DNA of 64,000 nucleotides from contig NC_092670.1 of NCBI RefSeq assembly GCF_964355755.1, positions 13,254,795-13,318,794 on the forward strand. The letters run 5' to 3'. This DNA is from Antedon mediterranea. Its lineage: Eukaryota; Animalia; Echinodermata. The notes under the pieces were generated by a model, which saw nothing but the letters and a program-made list of their open reading frames with translations, ran no database searches and was not told the origin of the DNA. Below, in pieces: positions 27,301 through 42,300 of the stretch (positions are counted from its first letter, which is position 1; every line of letters begins with the position of its first letter). The translations under genes were made by a program, and so were the position numbers.

Positions 27301-30300
27301 CCTAATTCAGCCGTAACATCGTTCCGAGCCACCGACCCGGATGATGGTGTTAATGGACAGGTAGGAAATTTTAAAGTAATATTTAAAGCATTGTAATATA
27401 TTTTTTTGAAATACATGGTTACTTGTGACTGGAATTCCCTGGACTATGAGAAAAATAAAAAACTGACAGAAAGATCCAACGAATTCCCAATTCCAGCCTT
27501 TCTTAAATTACAGATGACTTTTTTTACTTTTATTCATTTTTTTCTTTCAGGTTACATACAGAATTGAATCTGGAAATTCACCAACATCATTTTCTCTTGA
27601 TATTGGTGGAAATAATTTGGTTACCCTAAGAACAACTCGAATACTGGACAGAGAAGTGATCGCAGAATACAGTATTGTGGTATATATTGTAAACATTATA
27701 CTATTTTACAAAGATAAATTAATAAATTCACATATATATTTTAAACATTTCTTTTTTATCTTTTACACATAGGTTGTTGCGTCTGATGGAGGGAATCCCT
27801 CTTTAAACAACTCTATTCAAGTAAATGTGACATTAGAAGACATCAACGACAATCCACCACGGTTCACAGCAAGCGTATTTAATGGTTCTATAGATGAGGT
27901 ATATTGTTTACTTTAGTTCTTTTTATTAGCAGACAACCAACAGTGACTCACAAATTTAGAGCATGAGTAAAACATTCCATGCTTTCAAAGGTACAGCTAA
28001 GTTCACACCAAGATAAAGAGTGTAATATATGTAATGTAATGTGATATTTACACATTTAATTCTTTAATTGATAGAATTCACCTGAAGGTACACCTGTTGT
28101 AAATGTATCTGCAACGGACTTTGATGCTGGTAACAATGCTCGTCTTACGTACTCTATCCAATCTGGCAACACAGGCAACACTTTCCAGATCAACCGACTT
28201 ACAGGTGAAATCACAACCACCTCAACCCCAACTGACCGAGAACAATTGGAAACCTACTCCCTCAATGTACAAGTAACAGACGATGGAATTCCACAGTTTA
28301 CCGAGTCCGTCGATGTGTCTATTCAGATTCTAGACAAGAACGATGAGACTCCTACATTTATTCCTTCATCGGTGACGTACACAACCGAAGAGGGACCAAC
28401 GTCTGTGGGTGTTGAGTTTGGACCTGTTACAGCTATTGATGGAGATAGTACTTATAATGGACAGATAGAATATACGCTTTTGGATGGATATAGTACTTTC
28501 AGTATTGTACCTGAAACGGTAAAATTACCAGTTAATTAATAAAACATAGAAGCCAACACAACAATTTGTAATAATTAGACACTGATTAAAGTCAGTCAGT
28601 CTTTAAATATCAATTTATATTTACACTATTTGTTGCATTTTTTGTAGGGATTGCTAAAAGTTGAAGCTGAGTTGGACCGTGAGACTGATGCAAGTTATGT
28701 TTTAACTGTGTTTGGAGTTGATCAGGCAGTTATAGAAACAGAAAGATTGACTGGTACAGCTACAGTAAGTTTAAATTCAAACCTGACTGGTTATGAATAT
28801 TAGATGTTTATTATCACATTCATTTGAGGTGGATGAAACTTAACGATGACTTAAACTTTGACGTAGGTAGATTGATAGAAACGTTCTGAACAACTCTATT
28901 ATAAGGGGACACTAAGTTGGATTTAAAGGTGTCTTCTTCTACTGCATACGTCTGATAATTGCTTGAAGACAAAATAAATAAAATGTCCATATGTTAATCT
29001 AAATATTATGGACATTCTTCACTACCTTTATATAAACTCATGACAAAATCAAATTAATATGCAATTGAATCATTCTAGGTTACAGTAATTGTCCAAGACA
29101 TTAATGACAACATGCCAATGTTTGACCAACCATCTTATGGACCTGTGGACATTGGTGAAGAGCAACAGGGTCTGGTTGTTGGTGTGTACACAGCAACTGA
29201 TGAAGACGAGAATGTTATAACATACAGTATCGACCCATTATCGCAAGGTTAGTGGCAAATCAATTTCCTTGCCGAATTCTTTTTAAAGTTTCCGTCTTGT
29301 TTCATACAAAATGAAAACAGTATTATTCTCTGTTGCACACGCATACAAATTAAAACTAGTGATGTTTTAACAATGTATGTGATGAGTCATACTAAACGGT
29401 GAGATTCTCATATATGTTTTCATCTTCACTATTATTTCTGTAATTGATGTATCTTTTAAATACAGTATTGTTTGATATATTTTTTAGGTCTGTTTGAAAT
29501 TGATCCAGATACTGGAATGTTGTCTTTGAGACCAGGCGTTACTCTTGATTTTGAATCAGAAGAAACACATGTGATTACCGTAATTGCTACTGACGATGGT
29601 ACTCCATCACAAACTGGAGTAGTAAGTATTATAACTTTATTTACCTTGCTCCTACTGAAATATTTTCTTCTGATTTTATTCATTTTGTATAACCTTTTGC
29701 ACAGGCTTAAAATTACATTATCGCATCGTTTCTAGTCCCAAATCAAACTCAGTAACCTCAGGACACCCCTATGTATCTTAGTATTCATAATATTAACATA
29801 CCTATTTAGCTTCATTGCTATTGTATGCATGTATAACCATTACAACTTTCTTATTACCATTACAACTTCGTTTTATTACCTTAAAGTGATAAATAATAAT
29901 AATATAAGCTATCATTTATGTTAATTAATGCTGATGTTTACTTAATCATCATTTTAGACAATGGTCACTGTGAGTGTTACCAATATCAATGACAACACAC
30001 CAGAGTTTGAAGGTGCGCCATACACCACAAGTGTCAATGATGACACACCACCAGGATCTAACATTACCACAATCACTGCCATTGATGCAGACAACCAGAC
30101 AGATGGTCTCCGGTATTCTATCATTCAAGGAAATCCTGATGGATTGTTTCGAATTGACCCTGTAGTAAGTATCGTGAAAGTAGTTTTAGTGAGTCTTGTT
30201 TTAGGAAAGTTTATGTATGTATTCATATAATCATGTTGTATTTTATTTTTAGACTGGTATAGTGTACTTAAACAAATCGGCTGGGAATTATGGAGACCAA

Positions 30301-33300
30301 ACGTTTCCATTGACAATTCAAGTGAGCGATGATCCAAATGATCCAACAAACTCTCAAAGTGTAAGAACCAATCCATTTTTTGTTGTTAACCCAATGATCG
30401 ATACAAAAAGACAACTAGGCGATGGCAATAGTACTGTATGTTTGCCTGAAGTTTAATGAATGGGATTGAAATATTGTATATTGATTATAATGATTCCTTC
30501 TTCTTTCAGAGCATTACAACTTTGACAGTATCTGTGATCTCTGTTGAGAGGCCACCAGTATTTGCTTCAGGGTTGTTTATTGGTAGTGTTGATGAAGGTA
30601 TCGAAGGAGCTCCGGTGACAGTGGTAAATACTTCATACTATTTGTTACTATAGCACAAGTCAATTCTGATTCTGTCATTCTGAACATGTCGGAGTATACA
30701 CATTTTAATGTCAGCTTTAGATGGTTTTTTTCAGATTGTGGGAGATCCTTATAATGTACATATATAGGCATTTTCCTTCTAATGTGTTTTTCTTTCCTCA
30801 AATGTAGGTACCCGTTGTCAGTGTGACTGGTGATGGTTCTCAGGTTACCTACTCAATTACTGGTCCAGATTCTGACTATTTTGACATTGACCCTGCAACA
30901 GGTAAATCCAATTTCTTATTTAGCAGCATACTGCAAAATGATCCTGTAACCTAATATATATATATATATATATATATAACAATACCATGAAAGCCCCAGT
31001 GGTCTAATGGTATATATATATATATATCTCTTGCACTGATGAAGGGCTAGTGTTGCCCGAAAGCTCTGCTAACTTTCCTGGCTGTTTACTTTATCGTTTT
31101 GATTTAGCTTTTCGCTTTTTATTTTTGTATCTCCATTGAGATCCAGCCACTAATACCCACAGCATATATATATATATATATTTGTATTTTCATTCCATTT
31201 TCTATATTTGTTTTTGTAAGTATTAGTTGAGTATATAGTATTATCAATTGTACAGCGATTTGGTCACTTGGAAAAGCGCTATATAAATCCAAATTAAATA
31301 AATAAATAAATAAAATAAATTTCTTTCACCATTCCTTTTTCAGAGTGAAATGACTTTTCTATTCTTTTGTTTCATTGTTTTTAGTTAAACATAAAATGGA
31401 GAACTTGGGAGAGACAAATACCATGGAAACCTATCAAAGGGTATGTCTCTCCAACTCCATACAAATAGAAATTAAAATGTTAATAGACTTACTATTTTTT
31501 GTTTAAATGCAGGCCAACTGACAACCAAGGTAGCTCTTGATGCTGAGACAAAAGACCTTTATGAATTTGAGATTGTTGCTACCAACTCCAAGGGAGAAAC
31601 GGACACAGCAGACATACAAGTGATGATCACCAACTTAAATGACAACTCTCCTATTTTTGTCCCACCACAAATTAGCATCAATATATCAGAGGGTACAGCT
31701 GGTGGTAAGATATTTTCAATAAAATTAATTAATCCTGTAGTTGCTGTAATACCACAGAAGTGGCAAAACGAAACTAGTGAAAATGAGGATCAATGGTAAT
31801 ATTAGCTTTTTGCATTACTATAGATCAGAACTAATGTTTGCAGTTTGGATTCTTTTTTGTAATATTATTAAGATTTAATGTTTCTTTTTATAACAGGTGA
31901 AACCGTGGGTCAAGTAAATGCCACTGATCCAGATGGTTTTCCAATTACTTATTTCATCTCCAGTGGCGGTGAAGGCAGATTTGTCATAGATCCACAGACA
32001 GGTGTTATAACGGTATGTAGAAACATTACTTTGTTTTAACTAGTCATTTTCAAGCTACCTTCTTGCTTGCAATCACATGTATATTGACAACATTGAAGCA
32101 TAAAGAACACCGACAAATAAGAATTTTTTGTAACCTTTTATTCAATCCACATGTTTGTTTACTGTTTGAAAACTGTATGTGTCCTGAATTTTTTTCTGAC
32201 CCAGTTTTTTATCTTTCTGTATTTATATGTATCACCTATTTATTTCCATGTTGCATCAGGGAGTTATTTAACAACTGTTGTTATGTAATTGTGTTGCTGT
32301 TTTAATTTAGGTGCGCCGCGCCAAAATGTGTTTCTTTTTTATTTTTTTATGTTGTATGATGTACATTTAACAATAGGTTGCACCTGGTGAGACAATTGAT
32401 GGCACTCCTACATACACGCTCGTCATATCAGCCACTGACGGAGGAAACCCAGCTCAGACCGGTACGTCAGTCGTTACGATAAACGTTGCAAACATCAATA
32501 ACAGCCCACCGTATTTCACATCAGATCAACTATACCGCGTCGTCATGATTCCTGAAGATACTGCAGTCGGTACAAACATTGTAAACGTCACAGCAAAAGA
32601 TGACGATAACGATGCTGCTCTTACGTATAGCATGACTGACAGTGTGATGTATGACAGTGCAGGGAGAGAGGTCATACCATCAACGGCAACGCCCAGAGCT
32701 ACTAGCCAGCAATTATTTGTTTTGGATTCACAAACAGGAGTCTTGAATGTAGACATGCCACTGGATCGGGAAGTTGTTGAGACTGTACGATTGACCATCA
32801 AAGCTACCGATAGCAACTCTGTTGATCCAAGTCAAGCAGACAGTCTTATAGATGGTAAATATTGTTTCTTTTTATTTTACCTTCAAGAGCATTGGTTTTA
32901 CGTCTTTTTCTGTTATTATAAATTATAAAAACTAAACGTTAAATACTGATATTACTTCACTTTTTCTGCATTGTTCTTTTTTTGTGTCATTTTTATCAAA
33001 TACATTAACCGATTTACCCTTTTTTGTTATTTAATTAGCCATTGTAGTCGTTCAAATAATTGACATTAACGACAACACACCAGTTATTGAACAACTGAAC
33101 GTAACATCATTGGTTATCGAAGTAACTGAGAATGCAGACCGTGGAACACTGCTGACAACCTTTGTTGCCACTGATCCTGACAAAGATGAGAACGGAAGAC
33201 TGGAGTATGTTTTGGTTGATGAAACCACTGATTTGGTGGAGCTTATCAGAGAAACTGGTAGGTTGTTTCCTGGCATATACTCAATACAAATAAAATTGGT

Positions 33301-36300
33301 TTGAATACAGTACTGCTAAAAATTAATCCGAAGTGAAGCTGTAGCTTGCCTTCTAATCATAAGGTCCATGTTTTATTCCTGATCTAGTGCCAGGGTTGTA
33401 ACTCATTGTGAAACTTACTCCACTCCCTAAAACCTCAACTGAGACTTACTTTATACGTATAATGTAATTAATTCATTATATAATTGAAGAGACCTTGTTG
33501 TTAGATGTTATGATGTAAAAATGAGAAAAATATTTTGACAAATAAGTAACAAATTAGATACTCATTTAAATGATTGTAGAAAAATATTAGCAACAGACTT
33601 GTTAAAATATATAATACAAACACAATTATTGTTTCTCTGCTTTCAACAATATTTTCAAACAATTACTTTGAGCAATTCTTAAAAACAAATTAACATTTAA
33701 AAAAAATGATTATTGAAATTGTAATTTTGATTTTGTTTCACTATAGGCCATTTGGTAGTGAATGGAGAGATAGATTACGAACAAATCCAATGGCTGAACT
33801 TCAAAGTGCGTATTCAAGATATGGGTACACCCTCACTATATGTCACAATACCTGTATACGTACGTGTTATCGATGTAAACGATAACAGTCCTGTATTTCA
33901 AGGAACACCTTATGATGCCTCAGTATCAGAAGGTGCTGTAGTTGGATTTCCGGTCGATGTTAATGTACTTGCCACAGACCTAGATAGTGGAGCGTTTGGA
34001 GAGATTATCTACACGCTTAGTGGTGGCAATGATCGCTTCAGCATTGATCAAAATACTGTAAGTATGGTTATGTCTTTTATGCAGTTTGAATGTATATTTC
34101 AGTCAATTGAAATGTATATGGACAGCCCATTTAGTGAAAAAGTGGGAAGAGTGAAATTTACAATAGATGTAAACTAAACTATGACCTGAAAGATTGTCTA
34201 ATCTATGACCAAACGGGATACATTTAAGCATTTTGTAGATCCAGAACTCCTACTAAAAAGTTTGTGCTTACTCACATCATTATTATCCTTTTTTTCAATA
34301 TCTTTTATGAATTTCAAGGGTAAAATATGTGTAGCCAATGAGTTGGACAGAAACCAGAATCAATATTTCTTGACGGTGACCGCAACAGATAATCCTGTAG
34401 GAGCAGTAACAGACCGCTTTACATCAACAGTTGGAGTAAGTATATCTAAGATGCTTCTCATTTATGACGAAAGTTCAGTTAAAATCAAATTCAAGTTAAA
34501 ATGCTAGATGCTATTCAACTCATACAAATGCTTTTACTAATAGGCATATATGTTATTTGTTGTTTCAGGTGACAATAGATGTTGTTATCGAAAACCGTTT
34601 TACCCCAATTCCTGGCCAGTCAACTTATTTCTTTGATGTGTTTGAGAACACCCTAGCATCAACATTAGTTGGAGAAGTGACAGCCACTGATAATGATATC
34701 GGACAAGCTGGTGAATTAACGTTTACTATTAGCGACACCAGTCCAGAAGGTAAGTACTTTGACATTTTACCTTTCCCTATATTAATGTGAAGATTGTTTT
34801 CATATATTACAATCTGTATCCTCACGTACAAAATAAATGTAGTAAAAAAAAGATCAAAAACATGTTAGATCAAAATTGAAATTTGAAACTGTGTTTTCAT
34901 CTACAGTTATTTTGACACATCTAATGATCAATGAAGAACTAGGTGTGATCCTAACAACTCAAACCTTTGACCGAGAAGTTGATGGTGATGTTATTGAATT
35001 TACTGTTGTAGTAAGTACAGTTTTCTTTATTTTAATGACTTTTAAACAGTACAAAATGAGGCCACTCTAGGGAATATAATTTTACAATCTCCGATTTTTA
35101 TCGTTATATAAGAGTAAATGTATTCACCAATCATACCGAAGTGAGATATTTCCCTTTTAATAATTAGTAGTTCGCTTAAGTCAATAATGGTCGTGGTATT
35201 CATTTGGATAGAAGAATTTGTAAACTTTGTTTGCTTCCTTATCATTTAGCAGAACTGTAGGAATTGGTGAATATTTCATCTTATTTCATAATTGATGCAA
35301 TTATGATACATTTTTTTTTATAGATTTCTGACAATGGTACACCTGTAAAATCGAGTACTTCTACAATTGTGCTGACGATTAAAGACGTCAATGATAACGT
35401 TCCACAGTTTGATAGTGCAACATATTCTATCACTGTGCCAGAAGGGTTGACAAGAGGTTCACCGGTAAGAACATATACATAATAATAATATACACATAAT
35501 GTTTATTTATTAGAATAATAGAAAGTAGTAGTAGTTATTTTATTTTTTTAATTTTATTTCATACTCATCCAACAGCGAGTAACCCGCCAATTACAGGATG
35601 GATAAACTATTTAATAATTTCACAAGACAAACATATACACAAGATGCTCTACATAAACAAAGACTTATTATTAAGTCTTTGGGAGTGGAGTTGTAAATTG
35701 TCATGAGAAAAAAAACCTGACATATGACAGGACTTGAACCCAGGACCCTTATAATATAGTAATATAAATAGGGTAGTCAATCTCACAGATAATGCAATAT
35801 TCTCTCCATTCAATGATTATAAATTATTTTTTATTTTTTATTCAATAAATTATTTTAATAAATAGGCCTATTTAAAAACTTACATTACAAAACATCCATT
35901 AAACAGTTTTGTTTACATATTTAAATATTTTACTTTAAAATTCGACTTAAATTTTTCAAAATTCATAAATTTACCATTTTTGCCTAGTAGATCGTTGACG
36001 AACCTTATTCCATATAAAATAATTTAGAATTTGCTTTATAACACATACTGTTCTAACTGAATTTATCTTACATCAATTTCGAATAAACTTTGGAGGCGGA
36101 AAAACATTTAATTGTGTTCATTTTTGTAGGTGTATACTGTGTTGGCAACTGACCTTGATTATAACAATACAGTGAGATATAGCATTGTACAAGGAAACAT
36201 AGGAAATGCTTTCTCACTTGATGGTAAGTTGGGATATGTTTCTTTGCTAATAGTGACAAAGAGACTGTGGTACATTAATTGAATGAGAACTAAACAAACG

Positions 36301-39289
36301 AAGTTTGTAAAATTTTGAAAAAAATATTTTATGTTCTCTATTTTTTTTGTAGCTGCGACCGGTGAATTGACAAACAACATTGTACTTGACTTTGACAATG
36401 TTAATCAGTACAACTTAACTATAGCTGCCACAGACCAGAGCGGAATGTACTCCACAACTCTTTTGCAAATTGATATTTTAGATTTGCAGATTGGAAGTAG
36501 CATCACATTCTCAGAAACACTGTACAGGTCAAACCTACCTGAGAATGTACCAGCTGGTGAGTCGTCTAATAGTCCAACATGATCTATTTAAATTGGTTCT
36601 ATAAATTTAGTAGAATATTTTACATACTTTCTAATATATCATTCACAATTCTTCTTCAATACAATCGCAACATTGATACTAAATGGTACATTGTGTACAA
36701 TATAAGAATATAGTTTTGTAATTGCATGATAATAATTCATTTGTTTACATTAGGCACCATTGTAAATCAAGTAACCGTCAATGACAATGGCAATCCTGTT
36801 GATGCTACGTACAGCATTGTTAATGGCAATGTGGATGACACATTTATTATTGATCCAGACACTGGTATTATAACAACCAACAGGACTCTGGACTGGGAGG
36901 CCAACTCTCAGTACTATCTTATAATTCAAGCAAAGACGGGAGACACAATAGCACAAGCTGTGGTAAGTAATGTAGTAAGTAGTTGAGTTCTGGTGGTTAT
37001 CGTGCTTGCGTAGGCTGATGCCAAGGTCTAATGTTCAATTCTGATTATAGTGCCATCTCTTCTACTCCACTTCCAAAGCCTCAAATGAAGCACGATGTGG
37101 TTTATCATCATCGCCAAGATTTATAATTGAAGCTATAATAAGTAATTCAAACCAACATTTTGATGTTTTATTTCTTCAACTGAGGATTTAGGCCTACCTC
37201 GAAATTAGATATTTATAAGTAAAATATTGTATTTTATAAAGTGAATCATAACACATTCAAACAAACATACAATAAAATATAAGATTCCTATTTCTATATT
37301 TTCTGACTTATTTATTAATATTAACCTCTATAAATAATGATTGTACTGTTGCATTATCGTGCGTAACCCTTATCGTTATAGTTGGAAGTATTGATCACTG
37401 ATGTCAACGATGAACCACCAAAGTTCCGGGAAGTGTCATACTCAGTCCAGATACTCGAGAACACAAAGGTTGACATGGAAGTTGAGGAGGTGTTTGCGGT
37501 TGATGCTGATGATGGTGGTGTAATAGTGTACGATATAATTAGTGGAAATGATTATGGTATGCTTATTATGTTTAGATTGTATTTAAATAAAATCAAAATA
37601 GTACATACATTACAGTTTGAACAACAGCTGTAATGCTGAAATATATGAATTCACGGTACAGAAATATCTAGTAGATAGTGAAATAAGTTGACCTAACTGA
37701 GAATCAAGATGTCTTTGTGCTTTATATGCAAGCAAACAGGATTATATTGTATATTCATGTCCGATTCTATAGCAACCCAACTCTTCATCAATGGATATAC
37801 TGATATATCAGAAACACAAGGAAATTCCCAAGGCAGAGAACAAGTTTTTTCACCTACCTTGCGTTGAGAATATTTTGGCCTAGGCTAATAACATCAGCTA
37901 TCAAATAGAATAGAGCTTGCAATTGCTCATGTCCCAGCTGTATCGTAAATATTGCCCACTGTAATTGTTGTAGAAATAATTTCTGTGAGGCCTGTATAAT
38001 AATTACATTGATTTATATAATTGCAGGTCATTTCAGAATTGACAACAAGACTGGCAAAATATACTTAGCAAAAACACTTCTTGATCGTGTTCCTTTGAAC
38101 ACGGTATATCAGCTTGTTGTACAAGCTCAGGACAGTTCCAATACACAGCTTTTCAGTAACGTTAATGTCTCTATTGAGATTATTGATATCAATGATCACG
38201 CTCCAGTTTTTATCAACCCCAATGAAGTTTTTTATGTTCCTGAGGTGAGTAAAGCTTGACCTAAACTAGTTTGACAAAAAAGTGTGTAGTGTAGTATCAG
38301 GAAGTTTTTACAACTCCCTGGTAGTATGTAGTATGGTAGTGATATGACATCATCGTGTGGAAATTTGTTATCACATACAGTGTGGTTAACAAGATTGCTC
38401 ACCAATATGTAAGCAGTTGTGGCTCTTTATCATCATGTGGATATCACTGCATACAATTTGTAATGAGGCAATAGCTAAGAAAGCATAGGTTTATTTCTTA
38501 TTCTCTGTAATTAGCAATTATACATGGTAACACAACTATGTAATGCATATTCCTATAGAAAGTTCCTCAATGCACATTGGATTTGTCATTTTCATAATCA
38601 GTTTGCACTGTTAAAAATATTGATTATTGTTAATTGATGAGGTTTTATAACTGTTTACAGAACGAACCAATTGGATATGTTATTGGTTGTGGTAGTGCAA
38701 TGGATGTAGATTTTGGTCTCAATGGTGAATTACGATATGATTTACTGCGTACTGAAGATGTCAGCCGCGATTGGGAAAGCTTCAGTATCAATGTAACTTC
38801 AAGCAAAATAGAAACAACTCAAATCTTTGACAGAGAAGAGAAAGACATTTATACAGTGAGTTTCATGAATATTCATTCTTTAAATATGTGTATTATTGAT
38901 ATTCATTAAATATTTTACCCAATGATAAACAATAAAGAAGCATGGCATTGTTTATTTTAGATTACACAAAATAGTATAGTAAAAATGTTGTATTTGTAAT
39001 ATTATATTCGTAAATGATAATAGGAAGCTCTTGATTTTACGATGACCAAGATGTACTATTTGCATGATGGGTTTGGTTTGGCAAATGTTGTCAAGTCAGA
39101 CTTACTTTGTAGATTTTAGGTCCTCTTTACGAAATTACAGACATGCACATTTGAACCTCGTTTGTGTGGAGTTGAGAAGGAAACAAAAATCGAAATCGAC
39201 CTTGACAAATAGCACATACTTTACACAAGTCGTAGGTGATACAGTAGGTCGTCGCATATCAAAAACTCCACTATTCTATGTGTTAATTT

Positions 39290-39329
<40 letters not shown>

Positions 39330-42300
39330 TTAACGAGTTTAACAAATGATAAACAATAAAGAAGCATTGCATTATTTATTTTGGATAATGTTGTATTTGT
39401 AACATTATATTCCTAAATGACAATAGGGAGCTCTCGATTTTACAATGACCCTGCATTCGACAAATTCGGCATAATTTACTCAAGTCATATGTCCTATCGT
39501 AGGTAGTCGCATATCGAAATCTCCACTATGCTATGTGTTAATTTTATATACTTGTTTTTGTTAACTTAGATTGTGGTTGTCGCTACCGATCAAGGCAATA
39601 TTCAGCTGTCAACAGCTCACGAATACACAATAAGAATAACAGACAGAGATGATAATCAACCGATGTTTGAGCAACTTGTAAGTACCAAACTTTTACCGGT
39701 GAAAATAATATTATAAGTAAATATTATAACATCTGTAAATCCATATTATGTGTGTCCATGGTAAAGCTAACTTACACTCTGTTGTGTAGAAAGGTGATGA
39801 GTTAATATAGAATATACATATCTGTTGATTATTAAGCAGGCACTCTTCAATTAGACCATCAGGTCACACTTCGAATAAAAGGACCACCATTGCTAGATCT
39901 GGAAGATGTTCTCTTTAATATGGGTTCTAATGCATGTTAGACAATAACTGATTGATGAGTATTTAACTGATTACTTTTAAGGTTGCTGGTGTTCCTGAAA
40001 CAGAAACGTTGGATGTTGATGAAAACTCAGCTGTTGGTACAGCCATTGGTTCAGTTCCAGATGCAATAGATCGGGACACAGACCAATACTCACAAGTGTA
40101 CTATTATATTGTTGGTAAGTTATGTTTTTGTGTAAGTAAAATTATAATAATATATATTATACATGCATTTCTTTAGTAATGGACCATTTTGTAAAAACAT
40201 TATTTTAATGAAAATGTCATCCATGTAAAATAAGTTTATTAATAAATAAATAAATAAATAACATCACATTCTTTATTTTTTTTATAGAAATGACACATTT
40301 GTTGGCTTACATTCATCATTGTTTTTTTTTGTAGAAGGCAACTCGGAAAATTATTTCTCAATTAACAAGACAACGGGAGAGGTTTCTGTGAATGGCGAAC
40401 TTGATCGTGAAGCCAAGTCCAGCTACCGAATTGTTGTTAAAGCATCGAGTGAAGTAGACTACCAAGGCACGGGTCCCTACAATGTCACTACTGACTTCTC
40501 ATTGAAAGAAGTAATTATTAATATCAATGATGTGAATGACAATGGCCCCATATTCACACAGAACCCATACTTTGCAGGTAAAATGATTTTCATCGAATTT
40601 CTGGATACACTACGAGTGTGCATTTTTGAGATGAGGTAAATTGTACTTTTAATTACTTAATTTTACTTTTTCACAGCTGTTGCTATTGACGCTACCGTCG
40701 GTAAATCTATAATTCGTGTCTCTGCCGTTGATCCAGACATCGGCGATGAGGACATCTTGTATGACATCACATACAGCAATCTTTACGATGTCAATTCTGT
40801 TGATTATCAAGCAGCTGCTGATTACTTCACTATTGATAGAGAGACTGGACTTGTGTTTCTGAACAAAGGTCTGACATCAATCAAGACAGGATACTTTGAA
40901 GTTGGACTTCTTGCTGAAGATTCTACGAATAGTGATCTCAGAGATGTCTCGGTTTTACAGGTACAATATATAACAATATTTAGTTTAGTTTTTTAAGGTC
41001 AGAAAAGAGGCATTTGAAGTGAAGCTGTTCGCCAAACTAAGAAATCACCAAGTATTTGTCTTTTGTTGAATTATAGGTTACAGAGCGTGCTTACGTGTTA
41101 TACTTGGAGACAGCTAACTGTCTATTTATGTTTATCTTCTCCAGTTATGTCAGCATTTTGTTATACAGTTAGTAGTGTTATAGCTACAATATTAAAATTT
41201 GTTATCGTGTTTTTATAGGTCAGTCTTCTAACTAAAGATGAACGTGTCATCCTTATTATTGATGCCAGTGTTGATACTGTCAGAAGCAAGGAAGAAGAGC
41301 TTACTGAGTAAGTATAAGATTAAAGCAAGACATCAAGGAATCTTGTGAATCTCATCTAGCAAGGGTTTCCACAATTACTTGATTGGAATGGTTAAATTAT
41401 AGAATTTGGTAAAATCAGTCGCGATAGCGGGCGGATGTGGTTGTCGGTTTAGTTCGGGAAGGTGCGAATAGCAGACGACTGGATTAATGGTTGGAATTAA
41501 TGTTCTATGCCTAATATGTGTATATATATTAACAAATCTATTTTAAATATTTTTTACCAAACAAAAGTAATATATTTCACGATTAAATTTTTTTTAATTT
41601 CTGAATATATAGATTTCAGTGTCATGACCTTTCAGATGAATATGTTTGTGAGATGTTACAATTCTATATCTTCTTTCTAGGCTACTCTCTAACATAACAG
41701 GAGGAATGGCTGTTATAGACAGTATTGAGACGTACATTGATGCGGATGGTGTAACCAACTTGGACCAAACACAGGTCATCTTTCATGTTATAAATCAAGA
41801 GACTGGTGAAGTACACGATGGAAATGAAGTTAACAAGTGAGTATTGCAAGTATTTATTCTGTAAAAATAATGTAATGCATTGGATCACTTTTGTAGGCAT
41901 ATTATTGGCTTCATCATAAAAGCCTCCCATGGTAAACACCATTTTTTCATCAACATATCTGAGTCGTCCTTTTTACAAAAGGTGTTTTGAACACTTATTT
42001 ATTATGTCAACAAGTATGTACAACAAATAGTTTAGGATAGGTGTCATCATTGGTACCAGGAGATCACTTTGACGGAGACAATTTAGTTTTGAAATAATTA
42101 TTTATTATTGTTGATGATACTGTATCACTTTATTATTATTTCTGATGATTGAAATCATGTAGTGTCAAATGAAAGGTTCACATTTTAGTAATTTATCCTC
42201 ATCAAATATGAAACACGCTTGTATCAAATCTACCACTAACATATTATATTGTCCACAATATCACCATCCCTGTGGTATCCGCAATAAGCATTTTGTTTTA

